Shown here piece after piece: positions 47,585 to 57,176 of a stretch of 64,000 nt of DNA (positions within the stretch are counted from its first letter, which is position 1; each line of letters begins with the position of its first letter). The translations under genes were made by a program, and so were the position numbers. A model generated the notes under the pieces. That model was not told where the DNA came from and searched no databases. It saw nothing but the letters and a program-made list of their open reading frames with translations. This DNA is from Akkermansiaceae bacterium (lineage in GTDB: Bacteria; Verrucomicrobiota; Verrucomicrobiia; Verrucomicrobiales; Akkermansiaceae), in contig JAYSYA010000274.1 of the NCBI GenBank assembly GCA_043716765.1, positions 3,082 through 67,081 of the forward strand. Direction: 5' to 3'.

Positions 47585-48055
47585 ATGAAACCTTTATCAT
47601 TATTCCCCTTGATCAGTGCCACCGTCGTCCTCTGTGCGACTCCGTCCTTTGCCAAATCCCGGCCAACCCCCGGTAAGGATCCAGCTCCCGGAAAGTCGCA
47701 AAAGTGCACCCGCGTTGATTTCGACCACAATAACAACGGTTGGGGCAACGGCGACCAAGATGCCCCGGGTAATAGCGGTAACCACAACAACGCGGAGAAT
47801 GGCTCTGGCAACAGTAACCCCGGAGGCCCGGGTAAGAACGAAGCGGCCAACAACGGCTGGGGCAACGGTGACCAAAAACCACCCGGCAACAGTGGCAATA
47901 ACAACAACGCCGAAAACGCCAAGGAGGCAGCCACTCAAAAGGAATTGCAGCGACTCGAAGCCGAAGCTCTCGCCAAAATCGGTGTGAAAAATCAAACAGC
48001 CAAATCCAACGCAACCCCTCAAGCGAGCGCCATCGTCGCACGGCGCGCGAAGTAA
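47585..48055 (+). CDS. Small secreted Asn/Gly-rich protein with a duplicated 23-aa motif
   Basis: Signal peptide ending PSFA; NNGWGNGDQDAPGNSGNHNNAEN (47732-47800) and NNGWGNGDQKPPGNSGNNNNAEN (47849-47917), 20/23 identical with synonymous third-position changes. Confidence 0.75.
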   Translation: MKPLSLFPLISATVVLCATPSFAKSRPTPGKDPAPGKSQKCTRVDFDHNNNGWGNGDQDAPGNSGNHNNAENGSGNSNPGGPGKNEAANNGWGNGDQKPPGNSGNNNNAENAKEAATQKELQRLEAEALAKIGVKNQTAKSNATPQASAIVARRAK

Positions 48056-48202
48056 TCATTCCAGTCGGAACCCGTATCGCTGGCGGTCTTCGTTTCTTGC
48101 CTGATCTCAGGCGCATTCTATGGCTTTGCTCACTCGCCGGTGGGTGAAACCATGGCATGTACGAGGATCGTTTAAGGAGGAAAGAAGACAAACCTCCGGG
48201 CG

Positions 48203-50455
48203 ATGTATGGATTACCTTTCCTGCTTGCTGTAACTACTGCAAATCCAGTCCCTGCATTTTTCATGGTCTTCTCACTACCTGATTCGGCACGCGCGGCGCT
48301 TTTAGGAATCGTCGGCAAGGGCGTGCCCATCCTGGGGCTTCTTACGTTCGGCCTGCTCTTCCCCGCGCTGGTTACGTGGGGCGGCTCGACCAATCTCATC
48401 AATTGGGGTCCTGGACTCCTGCTAGCGGGCGCAACCTGCCTGCTGCTACTCGACAAAGACCGTCTCGCAATGCGTGGCGGCGCGCTTCACACCGATTTTT
48501 TCCTGTTACTTCTCGCGCTCTTATTTGTCCGGGCGCGAAATTCACCGGACGTCTCCGCCGCGGCAAACAACTCCGCGCTAATTGCTTTGGTGGCGGCCGG
48601 CTTTCTCATCGGCAAATTGGCCGGCATCACCAAATCCCGCGCGCTGTTCATCGGCCTCGCGCTGGTGTCCATGCTCAATTTGTTCTGCTCGGTGACACAA
48701 ATGGGCGATCCGGAATGGAATCTCATCTATCCTTGGCGTTCGGGAGGATTTCCCTCCGGTCTGTTCGCCCATTACAGCTACTCGGCGGCTTTTTGTCTGG
48801 GCACGATCGGCCTGCTCCTGTCCCGCTGTTATAAAGAAGGGGTCTGGCTGAAAGCCGTTTTCATCGGCGGAGCGGTGTCCTCGCTCATCACAATTCCGCT
48901 GAGCCTCTCGCGGGGCGCGAATCTGGCGCTTGCCTTCATGGTAGCCGCCGCCTGCGCGCTCCTGCTCGCGCGGGCGTTCTCGAAATCCAAATCGGTCGTC
49001 AGCACTTGGCTGCCCGCCGTCGCGCTGCTTGGCTTGGTCCTGATTTTCGCAACCTCCCTCGTCCCATTAATTAACCGCGGCAGGGGACCTGCCGGATTCT
49101 ACGCCGATGACGGGAGAATGGGCTTTTGGAATGCCGCGATACAGATTTCAGCGAACCACCCATGGCTGGGAGGTGGACCGGGCAGCTTCGCGAGAGACGT
49201 CTTTCACGTGTTGGACAACCTGACGCTTGAACCCGGCATGGTCCACAACGAAGCATTACAGCTGGCGGTTGATTTCGGTTACCCCGCGCTGATCGCCATG
49301 GCCGCCCTCATTCTCGTGCCCGTGATCCTTTGTTTCTGGCGCTACGTGAACAGGACTGATGCGGCCAATACCTCGTGGGCGGCGATCGGGCTGCTTGCGA
49401 TGCTGTTCCAATCCAACTTTGAGAGTATTTTGCACGCCGCTCCCGGAGCATTTGTCGCAGCGCTCACTCTGGGACAAATCTGCCGCGGCTTATGGAACGT
49501 GGGACCGAGCCCAACCTTTGAAACTGCCGAAGGGGCAAACGCCAAAATCCGTCCCGAGCTCCATTTTTTGACCGCAATCAAAGCCCACGTCGCCGATTAC
49601 GCCGCAGGACACCCGGAGGCCACCTCCAAGCTGGTGGTCTTGCTGTCCCAGTCAAAGGACGAGCAGTGGCGAAAAGGATCGTATCGCCTAAGCTACTGGG
49701 CAAAAGTCCACAATCAAGACGCGCTTGCCAGAGCGGTGACAGATTTGGGAGTCCAAGCATCGGAGGAGCTCAACCGCCTTTCGCCAAGGAAAAACCCGCT
49801 CGCCGAGGAGCGCTTCGGCAGCCGCGCCCTCGGAAATCTCGCCATCGCCGGATGCGCGCTTCCCACCGCCCTCGCCGGAGCGACCCTCACCCAAGCCCTC
49901 ATCGACGCATGGGTCCCGGTTTACCTCCCGGGGCAGCTGTCGGTTTCCAAGTGCTTCAATCAACTCCTTAGCGTGGTCGAGAAAAAACCCGGCTTGGGCA
50001 TCGACCGCAAAGTCCTGTCCGCCGCCCGAGATTGCATCTATTCATTTGAGAGCCAGGAAGCCCGCGAATACTGGGCCACCGCCTATCGCGCCCGGATTGT
50101 CCGCGCCATCCCCGGGTGGCGAACCGACCCCGGCGCGGCGCTCCAACTTGCGGAAATCACCGGCTGGGCAAGCGATTCGGAATCCGCGCTGAACTTTTAC
50201 AACCACGCCATCGCCATTCAAGGCGGCAACGAATCGCTGTTCATGGCCCACGCGTTCAAGGGCCAGTATTTGTACGAACTCAGCATCTCTGCGGGCGCAG
50301 CCGGCCAGATGACCCAGCAGAAATTCTACGGGCAACAGGCGATCGAGTGCTTCCAAAACGCCAATGCCGCATTGGAAAACCACCGGCGCAGTCTTTCTCC
50401 CTACTTCGACAAAATGTTGCGCGAATGCGAAACGTTCAAAAAGCAGGACATGTGA
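48203..50455 (+). CDS. O-antigen ligase (Wzy_C)-like membrane protein with helical/TPR-like C-terminus
   Basis: About 12 TM segments; FPSGLFAHYS, SLSRGA, RMGFW, PWLGGGPGSF, HNEALQ. The true start may be downstream. Confidence 0.8.
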   Translation: MYGLPFLLAVTTANPVPAFFMVFSLPDSARAALLGIVGKGVPILGLLTFGLLFPALVTWGGSTNLINWGPGLLLAGATCLLLLDKDRLAMRGGALHTDFFLLLLALLFVRARNSPDVSAAANNSALIALVAAGFLIGKLAGITKSRALFIGLALVSMLNLFCSVTQMGDPEWNLIYPWRSGGFPSGLFAHYSYSAAFCLGTIGLLLSRCYKEGVWLKAVFIGGAVSSLITIPLSLSRGANLALAFMVAAACALLLARAFSKSKSVVSTWLPAVALLGLVLIFATSLVPLINRGRGPAGFYADDGRMGFWNAAIQISANHPWLGGGPGSFARDVFHVLDNLTLEPGMVHNEALQLAVDFGYPALIAMAALILVPVILCFWRYVNRTDAANTSWAAIGLLAMLFQSNFESILHAAPGAFVAALTLGQICRGLWNVGPSPTFETAEGANAKIRPELHFLTAIKAHVADYAAGHPEATSKLVVLLSQSKDEQWRKGSYRLSYWAKVHNQDALARAVTDLGVQASEELNRLSPRKNPLAEERFGSRALGNLAIAGCALPTALAGATLTQALIDAWVPVYLPGQLSVSKCFNQLLSVVEKKPGLGIDRKVLSAARDCIYSFESQEAREYWATAYRARIVRAIPGWRTDPGAALQLAEITGWASDSESALNFYNHAIAIQGGNESLFMAHAFKGQYLYELSISAGAAGQMTQQKFYGQQAIECFQNANAALENHRRSLSPYFDKMLRECETFKKQDM

Positions 50456-50475
50456 TCCCTGCAATTCCTTACTCC

Positions 50476-51285
50476 CTAGCCATTTCTCCGCGGCCGGAAT
50501 CCCAGCGCGAAACGCAGCACCGCAAGCGGCAAAGCACATAGAACGAGTGCCGCCGCCGCCGTCTTCAGCCCCGGATAGACCCGCGCGGCCTTGCGATCCA
50601 CCGCCGCCAACGACTCGGCGACAACCTGCTCTTTCGGCACGTAAAACGACTTCCTCGCCGGGATCTCGGCCGCATTCCCCCCGCGCCGGGCGACTTGCCC
50701 GAACTCCGTCCGCACCGGCCCAGGGCACACCGCGAGCACGGAAATTCGATGCTCCCGCAACTCAATCCGCAGCGCCTCCGAAAAACTCGTCACATACGCC
50801 TTAGTCGCCGCGTACACCGCGAAATCCGGAATCGGAATCACGCTGGCCAGCGAGCTCACGTTGACGATCGCCCCGCCGCCGCGCCGGATCATTTCCGGGA
50901 TCAGCGCATGGGTGAGATGGGTGAGCGCCTCGATGTTCACGCTGAGCATTGACTGAAGCTTTCCCCAGTCCGAGGAAATGAACTCGCCATAATCCCCCAG
51001 ACCCGCGTTATTGACTAACAAATCAGGCAGCAACCCCCTCGCCGCCAAGGTCGCCACCATCTCGTCACGCTCGGCCGCGCGGTTCAAATCGACCGCGAAA
51101 ACTGCCACTGAGACATGCGGAAACCCGGCGCGGATGCGATCTGCAAGTTGTTGCAACAAGGACTCGCGACGCGCCACCAACACCAGCGTGCGAACCCGCG
51201 GCGCGATCTGAAAGGCGAACTCCTCGCCCAAGCCGGACGAAGCGCCGGTGACGAGGGCACTAGAAAAGGAAGCGGCTGCAGGCAT
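50476..51285 (-). CDS. Short-chain dehydrogenase/reductase
   Basis: TGASSGLG, NNAG, YAATK, CPGPVRT. Confidence 0.92.
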   Translation of the reverse strand: MPAAASFSSALVTGASSGLGEEFAFQIAPRVRTLVLVARRESLLQQLADRIRAGFPHVSVAVFAVDLNRAAERDEMVATLAARGLLPDLLVNNAGLGDYGEFISSDWGKLQSMLSVNIEALTHLTHALIPEMIRRGGGAIVNVSSLASVIPIPDFAVYAATKAYVTSFSEALRIELREHRISVLAVCPGPVRTEFGQVARRGGNAAEIPARKSFYVPKEQVVAESLAAVDRKAARVYPGLKTAAAALVLCALPLAVLRFALGFRPRRNG

Positions 51286-51608
51286 GGGCCGTCACTACAC
51301 TGGGCTGGCGTTGAGCGCAAGATGCATCCCCGAGCCACGTATGAGAAACCTCATTCGCCACGGGAAAAACTGAGTTTCCACCCACAACTCAAAGCCGACG
51401 TGACCACCCCGCGCCACGCCCAACGAATCGGGCTGAAATTGCAAGCACCCGTCCACAAAGCCACCGTCACCATGACCTTCACACCGCTGCCTGCCAAGCA
51501 AACGGTGAAGTGGAAAAACCTCCGATTCGGGACCAAAACGAATCGATTGCCAGCGCGGCGGATCTCGGTATGCTCCGCGCTCCGGCGAAAAATACCGGCT
51601 TTTATCCC

Positions 51609-52607
51609 ATGAATCATCCCCATGTAGCGATCGTAGGTGCGACGGGTGCCGTCGGCGTAGAAATGCTCCTTTGCCTCGAACAGCGAAATTTCCCGCTTAG
51701 CAAATTGACCTTGCTCGCATCGGTGAGATCCGTCGGCAAAAAGATGATCTTCCGCGGCGAGGAAATTACCGTGCAGGAACTCACCCACGATTCGTTCGTC
51801 GGCATCGACATCGCGCTCTTCAGCGCGGGCGGCGGGATTTCCCAGGAGTTCGCCCCGTCCGCCGCAGCCGCCGGCGCGGTCGTGATCGACAACTCCTCCG
51901 CCTTCCGGATGGAAGCGGACGTGCCGCTCGTCGTGCCGGAAATCAATCCGGAGGCCGCGAAAAACCACCCGCGCAACATCATCGCCAATCCGAACTGCAC
52001 GACGATCATTTCGCTGATGGCACTCGCGCCCCTGCACCAGGCGTTCGGCCTGCGCTCGGTCATCGCCTCGACCTATCAGGCTGTCTCGGGCTCGGGCGCG
52101 CAAGGCATCGTCGAGCTGGAAGAGCAGATGAAAGCGATCACCGCCGGTGAGCCGGTAACCTTGAAGGTCTACCCGCGCCAGATCGCCTTCAACGTGATCC
52201 CGCAGGTGGACGCCTTCACCGAAAACGGCTACACCAAGGAAGAGCTCAAAATGCTCCACGAAGGCCGGAAAATCATGAATCTTCCCGAGCTGCGAGTGTC
52301 CTGCACCTGCGTGCGGGTGCCGGTCTATCGGTCGCACTCGGTTTCCATCACCGCGCAGTTCGAGCGCCCGGTCGATGTCGCCGCAGCCCGCGCCGCCTAC
52401 GCGGGCAAGCCCGGCGTGCAAGTCATCGATGACCCGGCGAACAAAGTCTTCCCGGTGCCGCTCGACACCACCGGCAAGGACGACTGCCTCGTCGGCCGCA
52501 TCCGCAAGAACCTGGTATTCGACAACGCGCTCGACCTCTGGGTGGTGGGCGACCAGGTCCGCAAGGGTGCCGCGCTCAACGCCGTGCAGATCGCGGAGAT
52601 CTTTTGA
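51609..52607 (+). CDS. asd: Aspartate-semialdehyde dehydrogenase
   Basis: GATGAVG, DNSSAFR, ANPNCTT, STYQAVSGSG, CVRVPV..SHS, KGAALNAVQIAE. ATG at 51609. Confidence 0.96.
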   Translation: MNHPHVAIVGATGAVGVEMLLCLEQRNFPLSKLTLLASVRSVGKKMIFRGEEITVQELTHDSFVGIDIALFSAGGGISQEFAPSAAAAGAVVIDNSSAFRMEADVPLVVPEINPEAAKNHPRNIIANPNCTTIISLMALAPLHQAFGLRSVIASTYQAVSGSGAQGIVELEEQMKAITAGEPVTLKVYPRQIAFNVIPQVDAFTENGYTKEELKMLHEGRKIMNLPELRVSCTCVRVPVYRSHSVSITAQFERPVDVAAARAAYAGKPGVQVIDDPANKVFPVPLDTTGKDDCLVGRIRKNLVFDNALDLWVVGDQVRKGAALNAVQIAEIF

Positions 52608-52615
52608 AGAGATGG

Positions 52616-52705
52616 AGAGTTGAAAGTTGAGGGTTGAGAGCAAGAAAATGAACGGCTCCTGATCTTCCTCTTCCCTATCAACCCTCAACCTCCAACTCTC
52701 AACTT
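52616..52705. repeat. Intergenic inverted array of heptamer-like units
   Basis: AGTTGAA/AGTTGAG/GGTTGAG units followed by complementary TCAACC/CTCAACC/CTCAACT units, able to form a long hairpin. Confidence 0.5.
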
Positions 52706-52711
52706 CTGCCG

Positions 52712-53593
52712 ATGGACTTGAAAACCTACCTCGCCACCCGCGCTGCGGAAGTGGATGCGGCGATGGATGCCTTTTTGCCGAAGGCAAAGGAGCGCCCGGC
52801 CACGATCCACGCCGCGATGCGTTACAGCGTTTTCGCTGGCGGCAAGCGCTTGCGGCCCGTGCTTTGCCTAGCAGCCGCGGAAGCCTGCGGCGGGGAAATT
52901 TCCAACGCCCTCGCCCCGGCCTGCGCGGTGGAGCTGATGCACACCTATTCGTTAGTCCATGATGATTTGCCAGCGATGGATGACGACGACCTGCGCCGCG
53001 GCCGCCCCACCTGCCACAAGGTTTATGGCGAAGGCATGGCCGTGCTTTGCGGCGACGCGCTGCTAACAGAATCATTCATCGTCCTCGCACAAGCACCGAC
53101 GACGAAGCGCTACGGCACCCGCCACTACATCGCCGAGCTGGCGGAAACCGGCGGCAGTAGAAAACTCATCGGCGGGCAAGTGATGGACTTGGAAGGCGAA
53201 GGCCAAAAACTCACCAAACGCGACCTCGTCCGCATCCACGAAGCGAAGACCGCCGCCCTCCTAACGACTTCCTTGCGGCTCGGCGCAATGACCGCCAACG
53301 CGACTCCGGCGAAGCTCAAAGCACTCACCCTTTTCGGTCACGCGCTCGGCCTCGCCTTCCAAGTCATCGACGACATCCTCGACGTGACCCAAAGCACCGA
53401 TACGTTAGGCAAAACTGCGGGCAAGGACCAAGCCGTGGACAAGTCCACCTACCCCGCCATCCTCGGACTCGACGCGTCCCGCAAAGAAGCCGCGCGGCTA
53501 ACGAAAACCGCGATGGATGCGCTCACGCCGTTCGGCCCCAAAGCCGCGCGCCTGGAGGAAATCGCCACCCACTTGCTGAAGCGGGAATATTGA
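52712..53593 (+). CDS. ispA: Polyprenyl diphosphate synthase (FPP/GGPP synthase)
   Basis: GGKRLRP, HDDLPAMDDDDLRRG, KT, FQVIDDILD, GKTAGKD. Confidence 0.92.
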   Translation: MDLKTYLATRAAEVDAAMDAFLPKAKERPATIHAAMRYSVFAGGKRLRPVLCLAAAEACGGEISNALAPACAVELMHTYSLVHDDLPAMDDDDLRRGRPTCHKVYGEGMAVLCGDALLTESFIVLAQAPTTKRYGTRHYIAELAETGGSRKLIGGQVMDLEGEGQKLTKRDLVRIHEAKTAALLTTSLRLGAMTANATPAKLKALTLFGHALGLAFQVIDDILDVTQSTDTLGKTAGKDQAVDKSTYPAILGLDASRKEAARLTKTAMDALTPFGPKAARLEEIATHLLKREY

Positions 53594-53637
53594 GCCGTCG
53601 AAAAGTAGCGGCGACCGGTGACCGCCGCCGCATACAA

Positions 53638-54789
53638 TCACTCGGTCTCCGGCGGCATGAGCGCGCCCCACGGGGTGTCTCCCATTTTCGCGATCACCAC
53701 CGCCTTCGGCCAAGACGACAACGCCGGGAAATCCAAATTTTGCCAACCCTTCGGAGAGTCGCTGCTGCACAGCCAGTTGGCATCGGAGACGATGTGCAGT
53801 TTTTTGCCGTCTTTAAGGGTAGCGCGGAAGCGCAGGGCCATCCCGGCGGCTCCCTCTCTGTTGCGGCCCTCAACGGCGATGACATTGCCGCTGCCCGGCC
53901 TGAGCTGGGCCAGCACGTCGTAACTGCTGGGAGTTTTCCAATCACCGCCCATCCCGAGATGGACGCCGTTGATGAGCAGGCGGTGCTCGTCGTCGCAAAT
54001 CACGGTGACGGCGGCGCTGTCAACGTCAGCCGGAAGCTGAAATTCCCGCCGGAAAAACACCTTTTCATTCTTAGCGGGCTGGTTGGTTTTCCAGATCCAG
54101 GCTGCGGTCGGCGTGCCTCCCGGCGCGGCCTTGCCGCCCTGCTGGATTCGCAAGTGCTTAAACTCCGTCTTCATCGCCTGTCCCGCATGGACCTGCAACG
54201 CGATTACGCCTTTGGCGGAGCGCTTTTCCCGCTGCACGTCTTGGATTTCCGCCGCTAACTTGCCGTTGACGAAATGGCGGAGCATTTGCCCTTGAGCCAC
54301 GATCCGGTAGGAATTCCAAACTGCCAGATCCACGGTCGGCACCTCGAGCAGACCGGTTACTTCCGGAGTGTCGCCGAGTTTGACCCGCTGGCCGCGCTCG
54401 CAGGCGATTCCCCGACCCTTTTCCTCGTAGAGCATCCCGAGGTAGGATGGCTGTGGATGCAGATCCAGCTGATAGCCGCCGACCACCCACTTGGTGGGAT
54501 CGATCAAGCGGCTGCGGTATTGCACACCGGAGTTGTTGCCGCTGACGCGGGCTTGGAATTCGAGTTCGAAATCTCCCGGCTCGCCGCCCTGCCAGATTAG
54601 AAAGGAGTTGGCGTCGATTTTGCGGCCGACATCGTCGGTTTCGCCGATCAGCACGCCATCCTCCACCCGCCACAGTCGGGAATCACCGGACCAACCGGCG
54701 AGATCCGTGCCGTTGAAAAGCGCTTGCCAGCCAGCACGGCACGGCAAGACCGCCATCAGAAGGCAGAGCGGAATTAAAATTCGAGTCAT
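53638..54789 (-). CDS. Secreted DUF1080 (3-keto-disaccharide hydrolase) protein with C-terminal beta-sandwich
   Basis: Signal peptide; LFNGTDLAGW, NNSGVQYRS, GYQLD, GVIALQVH; C-terminal WIW...FFRREF...GSGNVIAVEG module. Confidence 0.82.
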   Translation of the reverse strand: MTRILIPLCLLMAVLPCRAGWQALFNGTDLAGWSGDSRLWRVEDGVLIGETDDVGRKIDANSFLIWQGGEPGDFELEFQARVSGNNSGVQYRSRLIDPTKWVVGGYQLDLHPQPSYLGMLYEEKGRGIACERGQRVKLGDTPEVTGLLEVPTVDLAVWNSYRIVAQGQMLRHFVNGKLAAEIQDVQREKRSAKGVIALQVHAGQAMKTEFKHLRIQQGGKAAPGGTPTAAWIWKTNQPAKNEKVFFRREFQLPADVDSAAVTVICDDEHRLLINGVHLGMGGDWKTPSSYDVLAQLRPGSGNVIAVEGRNREGAAGMALRFRATLKDGKKLHIVSDANWLCSSDSPKGWQNLDFPALSSWPKAVVIAKMGDTPWGALMPPETE

Positions 54790-54869
54790 CCGGCCTTGGA
54801 TACGGGCCACGGATTCCCGGGTTTTCACAAATAATCCCTGACCCGCGACTTCCCCTCTCGCGATCCATT

Positions 54870-55805
54870 TCAAGCTTCCGCCAAGAGGTTGCGGAAATAG
54901 GCGATGGTGGCGTCGAGACCTTGGTCCAGCGAGATCGTCGGCTCCCAGCCGAGCTCGGCTTTAGCCAGCGTGATGTCTGGCTGGCGCTGCTTCGGGTCAT
55001 CGCTAGGAAGCGGGAGAAAAGTGATTTCCGAGGCTCCACCGACTTTTTTCAAAACCAACTGCGCCAGCTGCAGCATCGTGAACTCGCCCGGATTGCCGAT
55101 GTTGACTGGGCCGGTAAGCGTCGGGTGGTTCATCAGCCGGATGAAGCCCTCGATCAAATCGTCCACATAACAGAACGAGCGGGTCTGGCTGCCGTCACCG
55201 TAAATGGTGAGGTCGCGCCCTTGGAGCGCCTGCACGATGAAATTCGAAACCACGCGGCCGTCGTCCGGCAACATCCGCGGACCGTAGGTGTTGAAAATTC
55301 GGACCACCCGGATATCGACCTGGTTCTGGCGGTGATAGTCGAAAAACAAGGTTTCGGCGCAGCGCTTGCCCTCGTCATAACAGGCGCGGATGCCGATGGG
55401 ATTGACGTTTCCGTGATACGATTCCGGCTGCGGATGGACGTCGGGATCGCCGTAAACTTCCGAAGTGGATGCTTGGAAAACCCGTGCGCCGGTGCGCTTC
55501 GCTAGACCGAGGCAATGGATCGCGCCCATGACCGAGGTTTTCGTGGTCTTGATCGGGTTGTGTTGGTAGTGCGGCGGCGACGCGGGGCAGGCGAGGTTGT
55601 AAATTTGATCGACCTCGTATTTAAAAGGCTCGGTCACGTCGTGGCGGACGAGCTCGAAGTAAGGATTGCCCATCAGGTGGGCGATGTTGCGCTTCCGGCC
55701 GGTGAAAAAGTTGTCCAAGCAGATGATTTCATTTCCCTCGCCGAGTAGCCGTTCACAGAGATGGGAGCCAAGGAAGCCTGCTCCACCGGTAATTAAAATG
55801 CGCAT
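54870..55805 (-). CDS. UDP-glucuronate decarboxylase (UDP-xylose synthase)
   Basis: [52 protein letters not shown] at 55805. Confidence 0.93.
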   Translation of the reverse strand: MRILITGGAGFLGSHLCERLLGEGNEIICLDNFFTGRKRNIAHLMGNPYFELVRHDVTEPFKYEVDQIYNLACPASPPHYQHNPIKTTKTSVMGAIHCLGLAKRTGARVFQASTSEVYGDPDVHPQPESYHGNVNPIGIRACYDEGKRCAETLFFDYHRQNQVDIRVVRIFNTYGPRMLPDDGRVVSNFIVQALQGRDLTIYGDGSQTRSFCYVDDLIEGFIRLMNHPTLTGPVNIGNPGEFTMLQLAQLVLKKVGGASEITFLPLPSDDPKQRQPDITLAKAELGWEPTISLDQGLDATIAYFRNLLAEA

Positions 55806-55926
55806 GCCCGCGAAATCAGCAGCATCCGCCAAGCAAATCAAGAATCGATCCGGCAAACTCCGCGACGGCCGCAGACTTTGTTCAAATTGGTTTGAACTCT
55901 CAGGACAGATCGCTAAGTTTCGGCCC

Positions 55927-56430
55927 ATGGGCGACCTGCTGGACGGAGACCAACACGAAATGGACCCCTTGGAACTCCAAGTGGTGGCCATGTTCGTGGA
56001 TGGCGTCCGCGTTTTGGGCCTGCCCCGTTCGATCGGAGAAATTTACGGGCTGCTTTTCATTTCACAATCCGCCCTCTCCTTGGACGATCTGGTTTGCCGC
56101 CTCCGCATCAGCAAAGGCTCTGCCAGCCAAGGGCTGCGGATGCTCAAAAGCCTCGGTGCGGTCCGCGAAACGGACGGCGGAGCCGATCGCCGCACGTATT
56201 ACGAACCCGCGATCGAGCTCAAGCGCCTCGCCGGCGGCTTCATCCGCGAGCAAATCCGACCGCATCTGGAGAATGGAAAAACCAAGATCGACCGGCTGGC
56301 GGAAAGCGCGCGCGTAATCGACGACCCCGAGCGCAGGAAATTTTTTGGCGAGCGCGTCGAACGGCTGGAAACATGGATGCGCAGCGGCGGCAGAGTGCTT
56401 CCCGTACTTCAAAAACTTCTCGGCCAATGA
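55927..56430 (+). CDS. GbsR/MarR-like winged-helix regulator
   Basis: [40 protein letters not shown]. Overlaps the next gene (ATGA). Confidence 0.82.
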   Translation: MGDLLDGDQHEMDPLELQVVAMFVDGVRVLGLPRSIGEIYGLLFISQSALSLDDLVCRLRISKGSASQGLRMLKSLGAVRETDGGADRRTYYEPAIELKRLAGGFIREQIRPHLENGKTKIDRLAESARVIDDPERRKFFGERVERLETWMRSGGRVLPVLQKLLGQ

Positions 56431-56978
56431 ACACCACTGACCCACAGCTTCCCGAATGGTTCTGCCTCCGCTGCCAAACGAAACGCGAGCACATCGCCGC
56501 CGGACATTTGCGCCAACTCGAAGGCGTTGAGGTTTTCTGCCCCCGCCTCCGCTACCGCAAAGCCACCCGCCGCGGCAAAATCTGGTGGGTCGAGCCGATG
56601 TTTCCCGGCTACCTGCTGGCGAAATTCAACGTGGGCGAAATGGAGCGCGCCGTCACTTTCTGCCAAGGCGTCCGCGGTCTGGTGCGCTTCGGCTCGGAAA
56701 TCCCGCCCGTCCCCGAGTCATTCGTGGAGGCGATCAAACACGAAATCCTCAACCGCAAGGGAGCCGAGCATGATGAGCTCGTCACGCTCAGCCCGGTCAT
56801 TCAAATCGGCGATGAAGTGGAAGTCGCCTTCGGCCCGCTCCAAGGGATGCAGGGAACCGTCGTCGCGGTTCCATCCGCCACCGAGCGGGTAAAAATTCTC
56901 ATCGAATTTCTCGGAAACCCACAGGCGGTCGATATGGACCTCTTCTCCCTTCTTCTTCCGAGACGTCCAGCTCCCTGA
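56427..56978 (+). CDS. RfaH-like NusG paralog (transcription antiterminator)
   Basis: WFCLRC, EPMFPGYL, GVRGLVRFG NGN domain; GDEVEVAFGPLQGMQG KOW domain. Confidence 0.88.
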   Translation: MNTTDPQLPEWFCLRCQTKREHIAAGHLRQLEGVEVFCPRLRYRKATRRGKIWWVEPMFPGYLLAKFNVGEMERAVTFCQGVRGLVRFGSEIPPVPESFVEAIKHEILNRKGAEHDELVTLSPVIQIGDEVEVAFGPLQGMQGTVVAVPSATERVKILIEFLGNPQAVDMDLFSLLLPRRPAP

Positions 56979-57136
56979 AATTAAGAACGTTTCCTACGTG
57001 ATCTCGTTACTCATTTTTTGAATTTCCCATTCCATACTCGCCGCAGTCACCGGCAAAAACTTCCCCGCCGATGACCGCTCACCCCAGCCGCCCGCTTAAC
57101 CCAGGTTTCTCTCCAACTCGGATGAGATCGACCAAG

Positions 57137-57148
57137 GGCGGTAGCGTG
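57137..57148 (+). promoter_or_regulatory. ops (operon polarity suppressor) element
   Basis: Exact GGCGGTAGCGTG, preceded by ACCAAG (JUMPStart-like), in the leader between the NusG paralog and the polysaccharide genes. Confidence 0.8.
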
Positions 57149-57176
57149 GAAGCCGCCGCTCCCGACTTTTCCGACC

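Noticed and set aside
47732-47917. 69-bp direct repeat considered as a CRISPR or mobile repeat
   Set aside because: Only two copies, in frame, differing mainly at synonymous positions; it is a protein repeat. No CRISPR array or cas gene was seen anywhere in the window.
51295-51501. Short ORF containing GGHVGF, like an alpha/beta-hydrolase end
   Set aside because: The motif is too short and the remainder is unrecognisable; probably the SDR/asd divergent promoter region.
51351-53075. 574-aa minus-strand ORF
   Set aside because: Antisense shadow of asd and ispA.
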